Notes: generated by a model from the sequence alone, not told the origin. A stretch of DNA of 64,000 bases from Eledone cirrhosa (GCA_964016885.1 OZ024742.1:308388001-308452000); one strand, 5' to 3'; shown: positions 38,486-51,776, counted from the stretch's first letter. Program-made: numbers and translations.

Positions 38486-41400
38486 CTACAGGATGGTATA
38501 CAGAGAAGGCCAATTTACACGAGCCATTCTCGCCACTATCACCCACCTTCCATAAAACTGCCTGTGGCCAAGCACCTCTCTCTCCATTCTTATCCTTCTT
38601 CCGAAGTGATATCGGAAGAAGTAGACCAGACTATGGCCAGAGAGGAAGTTGCCTGACCTTAGACCTTTCAATCGTGTCTACCAAACAACCTCTTTCAACA
38701 TGGCTATTACGCACAGAAAAACCGCCTTTGCTTCCTTTGTGAAGAGGGGAGGCGGCTTGATTGTCATCACGTACTCGGCGGTCAATCGAATCGGCGCCAC
38801 CCGCGACAGCAGTCGTTCGGCGTAGCCCCACAGATCAGCCACGCCCGGACATTGTATCAATGCGTGCGCAACGGTTTCTTCGTGACGCACGCATCTAGGG
38901 CAAATCTTTTTCGAGGGATCCCTGCCCGGGCGCCCGTGTCTGTAGAGCCTCTCTCGAACGGGTAGAGCCCCCCGGTAGCACTGCCAGGCTAGTGACTTCT
39001 GGAAGTTGTCCATTGGTCCCGGGCCGAAAGTCCTACCGAACAGGCTGGCCAGTTCGTCCTCTTCCATGTCCAACGACTCTCCAAGGGTGTCATCGCCCCT
39101 GCTAGCCACCAGCCCTCTATAGAATGATGAGGTGGATTCTCCACCGATGGCCTGGCCCGCTTGCCAGAGAGCCCTGAGCGCCTGGGCACACTCAGTGTGT
39201 CAGTCTCCCAGTTTTTCCGGATCTTTGCTTGACCCAGGACTGCAGCTCGGTGAGCGAGACGAGTCTCAGAAAGGCTCGTTTCACGAACGGAGCCCACATC
39301 GGTTGACCAGTGAGGAATACCTGTAGGTGCCGTAGTCTTAATGCGTGCCTACACATCATCAACCACGGCATCCCCAGCCCTCCTTTCGAAGGTTGTTGGC
39401 AGCAGATGGATCTTCTCACCATAGGAGGGCGCTTCTTCCAAAGAAATTGGAAGAGCATGCGTTCCATGGTGGTGAGTGTTTCCTTAGGGCAAGGCACGAC
39501 AATCAGGCGGTAGTAAGTGACGGATGCTATGTAAATGTTCGCCACCTCCGCCCGGCCTTTTAGGGACAGCTTACACTTGGCCCATTTCTGGGTTAGTGCA
39601 AACACCTTGTTCGTAACCTCGTCCCAGTTCTTTTCCACCTGGAGGTCCGGTCCAAACCAGACCCCAAGCAACTTCACCGGGCCCTCCGTCCAGTGTCCGA
39701 CGACACCGTCGGGAGACATCGGTCTGCCTCTCCACGTTCCGAGTTGCAGCCCGATGGATTTTTCCCGGTCCAGTTTCGCTCCTGACAACCTTTCGTAATC
39801 CTCCATTAAGGTACCGATCGCCTCGATCTCCGAGTCGGTCGATACCATTACTGTTACGTCATCGGCGTAGGCCGACACCGCTTTGCTCAATCCTGGTTCC
39901 AGGGGGATACCCTGCAACAACTCCAACTTCCTCAGTAAAAGCTCGAGAGTCAATACGTACAGAAGGGAGGAGAGAGGGCACCCCTGTCGAATGGATCGTG
40001 TGATTTCGAACGGCTTCGAACGGTAGCCGTTCACCTTGATCCTAGAACAGATGTGGTTGCTATGTAAGGCAGTGATCCAGCCTCTGAAAACAGGACCGAA
40101 CCCAGGCGCCGCTAGCACCGCATCCAGGTAACCATGGTCGACCCTATCGAAGGCCTTAGACTGATCCAAGTTGATCAGGGCCCCACCGAAGCCGGGTTTG
40201 TTGCCAACCCTCTCTATGATGTATCGCATGAGGTGGAGGTTATCGTGAATGGACCTGGATGGGATAGCACATGTCTGCGCATTTCCCACCAGGCCACCCA
40301 CGACAAGCGCCAACCTCTTTGCTAACACCTTGGCCAAAATCTTTAACTCTGTGTTTAGCAGGTTTATGGGCCGAAAATTATTTATATTATCCCCCTTGTT
40401 CTCGTCCTTCCTCACCAGCGAGACTACGCCCTTGGCTACAGAACAAGGAATTCTCCCGTTCTGCTGCCAATTGCAGTAGACCGCTTCGAGGAGTTCGGAG
40501 AAGACCGGCATTGCTAAATAAAGTTCGTAAGGTATACCATCGAGACCTGGAGATTTGCGTCTGCTGCATTAGCTCAGCGCATCCCCGATCTCATCAGCCG
40601 AGAGTGGTCCCTCGCAGGACTCTGCCTCTTCGCTCGAGAGACGCGGCAGGCCGTCGAGGTATGGACCGAAATCCACGTCCTCGCCCGGACCCTCGCCTCC
40701 CCCGAATAATCGGGCAAAGTGCCTTTGAAAGGCCTCGCACATCTGCTTAGGCTCCCGGATCACCCGTCCATCCTCGTCTTGTAAAGACCGGATGGTGGAT
40801 CAATTTCCACTCTTAGCTTCTGTCACGCGGGCCCAGCCAACGGCTTTGGCCCCCTCATTACCTAGAGCACGTATTTTACTTCGAATGACTCAGCCTTCGT
40901 GCTTTGCATCGAAAAACTGGTCCAAGGCCGTCCTCGATGCCAGCACTCTGGCCACATCTTCGCTCTTGATTGCCTCTTCTAATTTACCTGTTAATTCTTT
41001 CTCGTTTTTATTCCTATCGGCAGCTAACATCTTGCTATAACTTATTGATTCTGTTCTAATCTCTCTTTTGAGAGATGCCCATCATCGGTTGTTGACGATT
41101 GCACCCGTCAACCTCTCCTTAACTAATCTGCTAATCCGGTTTCTGTAAGTCTCTTTTGCCGGTAAAGACAAATTAAGTTTCCAGTAACCGGGACCCTGTT
41201 TATGTGTTTTCTCAAGATTGACTACGCAGGTCACTAATTTGTGATCCGTATAGCCAACCGTGAGCATTTCTGGACAGCTTAATATGTCCCTATCCTTACT
41301 TCTAACTAAGAATCTATCTAAGTACGATCTAGATTGAGCACTGTGGTTCGTCCAAGTCCAGGTTGGCACAGTTGGAAAATCTAGTCGATATCTATCGACC

Positions 41401-41889
41401 AAGTTAAAACGGTCGAGTAACCCCTTGAGGCTGTTACACCCCCTCTATTAGGACATGCTCCTGCATAGTCCCAACGTGCATCTAGGATGTCATTCCAATC
41501 CCCCGCTAAAAGCAGGGAACGCGACGTTCCCAGAAAAGTCTCCAAACGCTGGAAGAAGTCGGGCCGTTCAGCTCCGAAAGGAGGTAGGCGGCGACCAGTC
41601 TCAAGGCCGCACCTTCACTACTGCCAACGTCTAGCACCAACAAACGACCCTCCGGGTCCGAGTGAACAACCTGTCCGACAACCCCACCCCCACCTTCAGG
41701 TTGACAGAGAGATACATGCACCTCAAAGTCATCAAAGGTAGGGGCCAGCTGCCGCACGACGCTGATCCGAGTCTCACAGATAACCATTACATTTATACCA
41801 CGTGACCTGAGGTCATTTAGAAGCTTTGCTTGCTTCCAAGTTGAGCCCAGGCCACGTGCATTCAAACATCCTACTCTCAACACATCCAT
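38486..41889 (-). pseudogene. ORF2 of copy 3, disrupted
   Basis: Fragments 41506-41889, 41082-41402, 40569-40763, 39192-40511, 38678-39109, 38486-38671. Confidence 0.9.
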
Positions 41890-41922
41890 GTGGGCGGCAA
41901 AGCCAAAGGAGAGTGTAGAGAC

Positions 41923-43824
41923 CTACCTTTCTGCTTCCCGGGGTTCGGGTCGCACGACTTCCATGGGGTGGGGGGTGTTGGGTGAAGGGGTGTCTTGTGG
42001 TGGTGTGAGGGTCGTCAGTGTGTGGTGGGGTTGGGGTGTTTGGAGTTATGTTGGGGAGGGGGAGGGGAAAAGCTTTTTAGTAGGACGCGGTTTATGGGTT
42101 TGACAGAGGGTGGTCCTACGTCCTCCTTAAAATCCTTTTTTGTTTTTGGTAGAGGTTCATTGGGATCTTTATTAATTTTAAATGTGGGTAGTTTTCTGAA
42201 GAAACAAAATTTACACCTTCGGTTTGTACCGAAGGATTATTGTTTATGAGTTCATTTAATTTATTATTGTTTCTGTTGATGTAAGTATAGTGTAATGTCT
42301 TTTTTTCGGATGGTGTGAGTGTTTCGAAGAGGGGAGGGGCAGGTTTGGTTTTGTTTGTTGCTAGAGGGGTGTTTTGTGTTTTGTTGGATTGTGTTGACAT
42401 TTGGGTAGGGGTTGTTTGGCCTTGTGTGTTTTGCACATGTTTTGTTTTTTTCCTTTTAATCTGTCTGAAGGACTCCGTTTCTTCCTCCGAATTCGTTGGG
42501 TTATCTTCAGTGTTGGAGGGAAGAGGTATGTTTGCTGGTAATGTTTCCGTGTTGGTTTTCTTTGTGGGGGAGATGGATGTCACTATGTTAGACTGTGTTG
42601 TGTGTTGTGGCTGCGGTGGTTGTGTTGCTTTATTGAGTGAGAGGTTGGGTGGGACTGTATTTTGTTTTTGGGTAATGTGTTGTGACTGTTTGTGTTGTGG
42701 TGGTGGTTTAATTTTACTGAAGGACGGGTTGGGTGGGACTGAGTTTTGTTGTTTGTTTATCTGTTGTGGTGGTGGTGGAGCTGGTGTTGGTAGCAGGGTT
42801 TTCATTTTGTTGAGTTGGGGACAAGCCGCCTCCAGGTGCCCTCTGCCTGCACAGATATGACAGGACGGCCTTCTCCCCTCCACGCTAATGTTTATATACC
42901 CGTGGCCCTCTAATAGGATTCTGTCGGGTATTTGGGCGATGCGTTCAGGCTTCATTTGCACTACAAGTTCTATACCTGTTCCACTGAACACATTGCCTGT
43001 GGTTTTCCCAATGGAAATCACGTTGTCATTCGCTGGATCGATGAAGCCAGCTATGAGCCAGCAGTAGTCCACATCTGGCATCATTGCATCCAGCCATATG
43101 CGCTGAGTTCTTTTACCCATATAAGATGGATAAAAGGTAAAATATTTCGAACGAATCGGTGACAAAGCACATTTTTTTGCCGCCGCTTCGTTCTTCATAA
43201 TAATCGCTAGGCTTCCATACAGTCTGTCTTTTCTTATGAAAGTGGTTTCATTAAGTTCTTCTGTAAGTACTGCTTTGATTTCTGTTTGTGTTGGCTGTTC
43301 AGGTTTTTTAGAAATGGTGTTGATGGTGCGGAAAACGACCGTCCGACTTTCAATGTCTTTGGTGAGTTCTTGAGGCATTTTTACCGATAAAATACCATTT
43401 TCTCCTTCAGTTATGTATTGTTTGGCATCTGTAATTCTTTTTGCCACATTTGAAATATTTTCAGGTATATATGTCAAAGATTTAATTGTTGTTTGTGCAA
43501 ATGAAATATTATTGTGTTGACTTTGTCGTCTGCTTTGCTTTCTGTTATGATGTTGTTTTCAAATGTTATTTTTGTGTTTGTCGTGTCTTTGTTTGTGGTA
43601 TTAATATTGTCATGCAATTTTTCAAATTTTTTTTTTTCGTTGTTGGAATCAATGTCCAGATTTGTGTTTTCGTCATTTTTCTCCGCAGATTCGTCTGTTT
43701 TTATTTTATGTTTTCTTTCCTTCTCTATGACGTTAGTTGGGAAGGAAGGGGGGGACTAAAGCGTGCGAGCTTACAACTCTTACCGCTGTCCCCCACCACT
43801 ATTTTCGTTAGCTTCGTTTAACAT
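41923..43824 (-). pseudogene. ORF1 of copy 3, frameshifted
   Basis: Core 42116-43477 with CHICAGRGHLEAAC; ends PMEVVRPEPREAER*. Confidence 0.8.
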
Positions 43825-44077
43825 TTCTGTCAGACGATTGAAATTTTTTATGCCACAAAATTTTTAAAAACAGGTGTTTTTCACCCCTGGGAGGGGCAAA
43901 GATGAGCTGACCCACCGCCTGACAGTTCAGACGGGGGGTCAAGCTACACAATAGTATCAAAATTAAAATTGAACTTACAAAATGTCGGCAATAAATTTGA
44001 ACAAAACTTCTGCGCGAAGTGAATTACATCTACGCTGTAGAACAGACGACAGCTAGATTAGATAGATAGATAGATAT

Positions 44078-44135
44078 ATTTCTTTATTAGCCACAGGGGC
44101 ACAAAAGAAGGGGACAAATACAAAGGGGGAAGTTT

Positions 44136-44136
<1 letters not shown>
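44078..44136 (-). mobile_element. Tx1-clade copy 4: ~60-bp 3'-terminal stub within (GATA)n
   Basis: Matches the 3' ends starting at 34711 and 38271 (tttctttatt..ggc..aaaagaagggaca.atacaaaggggg..agttta). Confidence 0.85.

Positions 44137-44197
<61 letters not shown>
44137..44197 (+). repeat. (GATA)n array
   Basis: About 15 units. Confidence 0.95.
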
Positions 44198-44834
44198 GTG
44201 GACTCAAACCATTGAACGTATATATGTATATGCAACCATGACTATCCATATACAAGCATTCTTGCAATATATTTCTATATTGTAAGTACAGAGGCAAATT
44301 TTAATTCATTTTATTTCCCTAAGTCATTGAGTAAATCACCATTTCGTAGTCTTTTATTTTTCTATTCTTTTACTGTTTCAATCATTCGAATGCAGCCATT
44401 CTGAGGCACCCCCCTTCATTTATTCTATCATATTGGTACTTATTTTATCGATCTTATATTTGTCGAAATGGTATGTTACAGGGAAGTGTTGAGTGCGATG
44501 ATATATACAACAAAGCAATGCGAGAACAAACAAACGATAAAATGTTCTTAATGGGTAGAAATTTATATTTGCTGTCAGTTAAAAATGTCACTAGCCGTTA
44601 CTCAGCGATTAATATTTCCGATCTTCAGACAGTAGTGAATGTTAAAGAGAGAACAAGCAGTATATATATCTTCGTACGAAATAGAAAACACAAAAATATT
44701 TCAATATTTTTACCTGAAGCTGGGTCATAAACGTTAGCGTCATCTCGATCTATTTTCAATGCTCAGTATCAGAGGAACATATAAAGATTTATAAAGTGAA
44801 AAATGCAATTAAATAGAAATAAAGGAAATAATGA

Positions 44835-45050
44835 TATCTACTATAGACACAAGGCTAGCAATTTGGGGAGGGAGGGGGAAAGTCGATAAAATCGGCTTCA
44901 GTGCATTACTGGTACTTTACTTTCTCGACCCCGTAAGGATGAAAGGCAAAGCTAACCTCGGCGAGATTTGAACTCAGAAGGTAAAGGGCCATAACTCTAT
45001 GCCACTAAGCATGTGTCCGACACTCTACCAATTCTGCCAATCCACCACCC
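44835..45050 (-). mobile_element. SINE family 1 with a ~17-bp TSD
   Basis: tagaaataaa(g/a)gaaata at ~44814 and 45051. Confidence 0.85.
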
Positions 45051-45094
45051 TAGAAATAAAAGAAATAGAATGTCGTTACTGATTTATAATGATA

Positions 45095-45564
45095 ATATAA
45101 TAAAGTAAGGAGTGCGGGACTGCGTACGGTTTATAATTTTTTATCCCATTAGTAAAATAAGTTGGATTACTTTGAATAAATAATTAATGAATATTACATA
45201 ATTTATCTACTAAATTTCGTGGCTGTTGATTAAATATGTTTTATTGTTTATTTAAAGATTCACTTCTTTAAAATGTTCAAATGTCAACACTGCCGGTTAA
45301 CGATCGCTTAAATAAACATTCATATATTTCCGTCACTAATTTTCTCCTAATGCAGTTTATATATAATATCGTCTTTTTTTCATGGATTACGTTACTGATT
45401 ACATAAGACACAGTCTTCGTTCAATTTCTGTGTACATTGTCAATTACGATTTTATTTGATGTATCATATCTACATGCATATATATATATACTTGCGTATA
45501 TTATCAATATACACACTACACATGCTAGCAGAAAACCACCCTTCTTCGAGTGGTTTTCTGCTAG
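45095..45564 (+). mobile_element. Non-autonomous Helitron family A
   Basis: Ends in hairpin gcagaaaaaccac..gtggttttctgc then CTAG|T. Confidence 0.75.
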
Positions 45565-45589
45565 TAGTGATAATGTTCATGTCTATGTT

Positions 45590-46850
45590 ATTTTCTGTTA
45601 GCGTGACAGTATAAAATCTAGTACCACCATCTTTCTCATTCTGTGATTTCCTTGTTTGTGATTGATTATATTTGACCACACAATTTCATCATTCGCCTTA
45701 AAATAAGCCCAGTTTTTAATTTGGTAGACATAGGCGTGTTCCACCATACCTTGTTGTATGGGAGAACGCTGAAGATATTACTCTTAAATATCTATTTTGA
45801 TTGAACGTTGGATCAGAAGATTTCCCAACCACTTTCAATATGCCAAAGGCCTGATTGGCTGTGCTGGTTCTGACATTGATTTCCAGAAAATAGTCACCAT
45901 CTACTGTTGTTTTACTACCTAGGTAAGTGAATTCGTTTTCATCCTCTAGTGGTTTGTAATCTATCCCTACTTGATTGCTGATTGTAGAGTTCTTCCTCGA
46001 GTCTTTCTTTTTCTTACATTGAGAACTAACGTTCCGGCAGTTTGAGAGAATCTAAACTATAATAAAGTAAATTGCGTACGCTTTTTTTTTTCTCCGGTTT
46101 GTAAAATAAGTTGGATTATTTTGAATAAATAATGAATGAATATTACATAATTTATCTACTAAATTTCGTGGCTGTTGATTAAATATATTTTGTTTATTTA
46201 AAGATTCACTTCTTTAAAATTTCTGAAATGTCAACACTTCCGGTTGGCCATCGCTTAAATAAACATACCAATTTTCTCCTAATGCAGTTTATATATAATA
46301 TCGTCTTTTTTAAGGTGTCATGGATTACATTACTGATTACATAAGACAGTGTAACAGTCTTCGTTCAATTTCTATATATTATATATTTTCAATTACGATT
46401 TTATTTGATGCATCATATCTACATGTATATATACCTGCGTATAGTATCAATATACACACTACAGGTGCTTGCAGAAAACCACCCGAAGGGTGGTTTTTCT
46501 GCTAGTCTCTCTAATTTTTGTGTGATGTCTTGCATGTTGTGTATCGCTAATTCCATGTGTGTAATCCACATCAGCCCAGACTAAATTTAAGATCCACCGA
46601 ATGCCTTGTCTATTTGTTGGTATAACGTTTCATATCATCTAGTCCATATCCGAATAAAACATTATTGGAGACAAGATGCATCACTGCTTAACTCCATTGT
46701 ATACCCTGAACGGTTCTAGTATTTGGCAATTGTGGAGAATGCGACATTCAAACCTTTTGTAAAACGACTCAGTAATGTTGACCAGTTTCGGGGTCATTCC
46801 ATAGAGGCGTATGCTCCACATTACCTTGAAGGCAGAAATACAAGAAACAT
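45590..46850 (-). mobile_element. Degenerate RTE-clade RT fragment split by a Helitron
   Basis: YGMTPKLVNI, GVKQ*CILSP, EFTYLGS, LRRMMKI. Confidence 0.75.
46051..46505 (+). mobile_element. Non-autonomous Helitron family A, complete
   Basis: A|TC start, subterminal hairpin gcagaaaaccacccgaagggtggtttttctgc, CTAG|T end, no TSD. Confidence 0.85.
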
Positions 46851-46910
46851 TCCACATCCTTGAGCGTATTTTTAAACTAAATCCAAATGGGACACTATAT
46901 ATACATACAC

Positions 46911-46987
<77 letters not shown>

Positions 46988-47624
46988 ATATATGGTATAT
47001 ATTTATACGTGTGTGTGTCTCTGAATACGTCTGTTTTCTTTCACCGTCTTAAAGAATGTAACATTCACCTTCCGACCTTTCTTCTCTCAGTTAGAAGATT
47101 GAAATTTTAAATCTCACCATTAAATACAATTACTTCTCTGCATTTCTTTAGTTCAATTCTTCACAATGTACATAATATGCACTTCTTTTCTGCAATTGTA
47201 CGCAATGTCAGTCAGATATACCAAATGTCACTGACAGGCAGCTAGTACGATTTATCATTGTCTAAATGTTGCATTTAGTTAATTCAATTTGTTCTGTACA
47301 CAGCAAAATCACTTTTAACACGCACCAGACGTCTTTAGCAAACTATAATTCAATATTCTGTTCAGCACAACAGAATAAAAATAAGTTTTCTTGAATCTTA
47401 CTCACTTAAACGGCTTTCGATCTCCTTTATTTCTATTTTGCTAAACATACGTTACTACATTTATTTGTGATAAACAGTGAACTAAATCCTGCTTTTCTAT
47501 ATATCTCGAATTTAGTTCAAATTTCAGAAATCTATTGATATAATATTTTGTTCTACTCTCTTCTTTTTTTTTGTTTTCAACGATATTTAATATTAAATGA
47601 ACATATCATTTTTAAAATGAAATG

Positions 47625-47815
47625 GGTGGTGGATTGGTAGCATCGGTAGTACGTCAGACAACATGCTTTGCAGTTTAGAGTTATAGCCCTTTACGGTCTG
47701 ATTTCAAATCCCGCCGAAGTTAACATTTGCCTTTCATCCTTACGGGGTCAATAAAATAAAGCACCAGTAATGCACTGCGGTAATTGCTGGCCTTGTGCCA
47801 AAAGTAGAAACAATT
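47625..47815 (+). mobile_element. SINE, family 1
   Basis: Head, core and tail. Confidence 0.88.
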
Positions 47816-47964
47816 GTTTCAAAGACGGTGTAGATAGAATGGGAAGGGCACAAGTCGAAATACTTGACAGTATGTAGTTAAATTCCATTTCGTTCTGAAA
47901 TTTGATACCACTCTTGTCTTGAGTCTGGATTTCCCATAAAGAATATATTAAGTATCAGTTATAT

Positions 47965-48350
47965 AATTGTTTCTACTTTTGGTACAAGGCCAGCAATTAT
48001 CCCAGTGTATTATTGGTACTTCATTTTATCGACCCCGTAAGGATGAAAGGCAAAGTTAACCTCGGTGGGATTTGAATTCAGACCATAAAGGGCCGTAACT
48101 CTTTGCTGCAACGCATAGCGTCAGACCCTCTACCGATACTGCCAATCCACCACCGTTATATAATTATTTCTACTTTTGGCATAAGGCCAGCAATTATCCC
48201 AGTGCATTACTGGTACTTTATTTCATCGACCCCGTAAGGATGAAAGGCAAAGTTAACCTCTGCGGGATTTGAACTCAGACCATAAAGGGCCGTAACTCTA
48301 TGCTGCAAAGCATGGCGTCCGACCCTCTAACGCCACTGCCAATCCACCGT
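47965..48350 (-). mobile_element. Two tandem SINE family 1 copies
   Basis: Bounded and separated by gttatataat at 47958, 48155 and 48349. Confidence 0.9.
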
Positions 48351-49344
48351 TATATAATGGTAACCAAAACAATCGTTTCTATTCATCACCTATTACCTAG
48401 AGGACTAGGAATCTAAAGAATCAATGTTTTCTAACTTTTGTGCAGAAGAGCAAATGTTTAAGGAAGGTATTTATTTGATTGAATATCGACCCTGGATATA
48501 TTAAATACCAAGTCAACTTCGTTATATCACTACAATTGATATCAATATATCAAATATCAGGACGGCAAAGTAACTAACAACATTCTTTGGTGTAAAATAT
48601 TTTTATCGGCTGATTGACTATTTATTTGTTGTCCGTGTTCAAAATAACAATCTCCATTTTGATCAAAAGTGTGAATATCTGATACGAGATGTTATAAAGA
48701 TTTTTATTTACCCGACTGATAACCTCCCTTTCACAATATATAAATACATTTCTATTGCTTTTGTCTCAAATTTCCACCCAGTCTTATTCTAAAATGAGTA
48801 CATAGATCCAGAATACATTCGAATAAAAAAACATTAGTTTTTGTTATTCTATCGGTCTCTAAAGAAAACGTACTATTATTTTCTGAGATGCACTATACAA
48901 TGGCTTGTTTTGTGTTATGAAAACCTTAACCAAGGGCGTGACTTTTAGCTAACATAATCACACAGAAATGTGAGATAGCCAAGTAAATTACTTATCGATT
49001 TTATATAAAATGTCTTAAGTTCAAATTTGTACAAAGGCCACTATCTAAGTAGATAAGAATGTTACTAATCTTAGTATACGAATAAAAGATACTTGGTAGA
49101 ATCCAGTCTGTTACTAAATACATATCCAGAAATATTGCACCAGATGGCAAAAAGAAAATGAACCGATCGAAAAACTATAAAGGAACGGAGTTTAATGGTC
49201 ATAAAATGTATAATTTTAGAAATGACCAGTTGACAGGTGATATAGAAGTATACCTAAATATTAGTAATCAGATATGCCTGTTCGACCTACAACTGACCAC
49301 GGAATAACAGCAGGCAAATTCAACAATTGTCTCAATTTACCTAT

Positions 49345-49640
49345 ACACAGGGTATCCAAAAAATGTATACACACTTTGATTATTTGTACAAAAGATATTT
49401 ATTAGAAGGTTGTTCAAGAGTGTATACATATTGGGGGGGGGGGGGCACACACTATATATAAAAGTCGGATCTAAATACCAAAAAACTTGTTTATTTTCCG
49501 TCATTCTCTTATTTCTGTTCATATTGAAAAAATAATATGCAGCCAATTAACATTGTTTCCACTGCAGCATGGAAGAATGATTCGTTTCAGGATAGTTGAA
49601 ATTGTATTGCAATTTCAATATTTATATATTAATGAAAATG
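49345..49640 (+). mobile_element. Tc1/mariner-like non-autonomous remnant
   Basis: TIR-like cagggtatccaaaaaatgtatacacacttt. Confidence 0.4.
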
Positions 49641-49689
49641 GAAAAATCAACGGAGTAGATCGTCAGATCGGACCAAATAAAAATAAAAA

Positions 49690-49865
49690 TGTTACCGTTG
49701 ATCTTTCCATTACTGATATTAGCTGCCGGCCACATGTCTTGGCAGAATGAGCAAATTGACATAAATATTTAGGTCAAGAACATAAAGTGCCGCCCGGTCT
49801 AGGAATCAAACCCACGAACTCATGTCTATGAATTCAAAACTCGTTCGACATGGTCAAGTGCTTTA
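49690..49865 (-). mobile_element. Degenerate SINE, family 2
   Basis: Similarity to 24930-25115. Confidence 0.45.
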
Positions 49866-50130
49866 TGTTATTTTATAATACACGGGACTAAATTATAGAG
49901 TTTATCCTTCTTTAACAAAGATGTTAGTTTGAAATCTCAGAGATTTGATTGGGATGTCTATTATAATGAACGTAGATGATCACACAATGACAGTTATATC
50001 ATTATTAAGGAAATGAAAGAATAAATACGTACACACATACACACACCTGTTCACAAATTGTGTACATTCATACACAGACAAACACACATTACGTACATAC
50101 AAATATTCATACATACATGCATACATACAT

Positions 50131-50268
50131 ATATGATGGATGCAAACTTTGCTAAGAGTATTGCAATCGCTTCTCAGATTATAGAGTTTGGTGCACTTTT
50201 AGGCTACGGCCAGATATACAAACCTGTAGCATATCCTGAACAAGCAATGCCTGTGCTTTGAAGGGTTT
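50131..50268. repeat. Inverted copy of 6494-6630
   Basis: Direct alignment. Confidence 0.8.
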
Positions 50269-50699
50269 TTTACATACATACATACATATTCACACATTAC
50301 GTATACATATCATCATCATCACCATCATCATTATCGTTTAACGTGCATCTTCCACGTTAGCATGGGTTACTATGAATAATAATTAACCAGCTTCTACCTG
50401 CTTACAGAATATGTATTTCTAAACTCCCGACTCAGCACGGGAATTATATTATTATACTTTATACAGCGCTGTCTTCATTGCTCACATTTCTCAATACTTG
50501 GACCTATACTTGAGTGTTTAGATCATACTATGTGGGGGTTGGCCACGGGCAAGACCAAACCTCTGCATGCCATGGCTTCCGGGACTATCATTAGTGTTTT
50601 GAGGTATATACGTGATTTGTATCGTTTTGAGAAATTTTGTTTCACTATTGGGTATTGATCCCTTTTTGGCAATTCAATAATAACACTGATTGTAAGTAT

Positions 50700-51200
50700 G
50701 CGTGAGAGGAAAAGGAGAGAGACGAGGCAGAGGGGGAGTGAAGATAGAGACAGGTAGAAAGAGACGGGAAAGAGGAGGTAGAGATAGATGGGGATGGGGA
50801 AGAGGAGATATGCACAGGTAGAGACGCGGGAAGATTGAGAGAGGTAGAAAGTGGGAGGAGAGATGATAGAGACAGATAGACAGAGGGGAAAGAGATAGCG
50901 ACAGGTAGAGAAGGGTCGAGAGGAGATAGAGAGAAGTGGCGAGTGAGGATAAAGACAGGTAACATGGCTGGGGGGGGGGGGCAGGAAGGAATAATTACAT
51001 GTAGAGAGAGGGGGGGAGAGAGGATAGAGGGAGGTAGGGAGACTGCAGTGAAGAGAAGGTAATAGGTAGAGAGAAGGGGAGAGAAGGTAAGTGGCGGGTA
51101 GAGAGAGAGGGAGAAGATAGAGCCAAGTAGAAAGAGGCGAAATAAAATAGAGACAAATAGAAAAAGGGAGAGAAAAGAAAGAGATAGGTAAAGGGAAAGT
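50700..51200 (+). repeat. Purine-rich (GA-rich) low-complexity tract
   Basis: Composition. Confidence 0.85.
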
Positions 51201-51723
51201 ATTGAGTGTGTATGTTTGAGAACGAGGCAAATGATTGTGATACAGACAAATACATAATTACATTGACCCTACGTGGAAATATGTTTTTATCTTAATTCTA
51301 GACTTCTAAATATCTAAATTGTTAATTATAAGTATACACGTATTTTTCTTGGCGCTGCGATGGCAATGTTTCCAGTTAATATAGATCAACTACTCTTAGT
51401 GTTGATTAATGAAACATCCTAATGGCGCCAGAATGACAAACTATTATTACACACATGATTAGTTCTTTATAATAATAACAAACTTATTAACATATAATAA
51501 TGTGATTGCTGGAACATATCAGTCATTTTGAACATTTGTTTCTATATACAACTTTTTTATTATTAATTGGGTGTGCACGGCACTCTAGGAGTTTACGGAT
51601 TATGGGTTTGTAAATAATTGCTATCACGAAACTATGGAACACACGCTGACTACTTAACATCTATCTCTCTCCACCCCTCTCTCCCACTCTCTCTCTCCCT
51701 CTTTTTCTCCATATATATATATT

Positions 51724-51776
<53 letters not shown>

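Larger units (their letters stand above)
38271..44053 (-). mobile_element. Tx1-clade copy 3, full length but multiply frameshifted
   Basis: 5' UTR, ORF1, ORF2 and 3' UTR all homologous to copies 1 and 2. Confidence 0.93.

Noticed and set aside
34687-44197. CRISPR-like array or LTR retrotransposon interpretation
   Set aside because: The spacers are microsatellites, there are no cas genes, integrase or LTRs, and the APE-RT architecture is non-LTR
50523-51255. 235-aa Leu/Ser/Pro-rich ORF
   Set aside because: Translation of a CT-rich low-complexity strand
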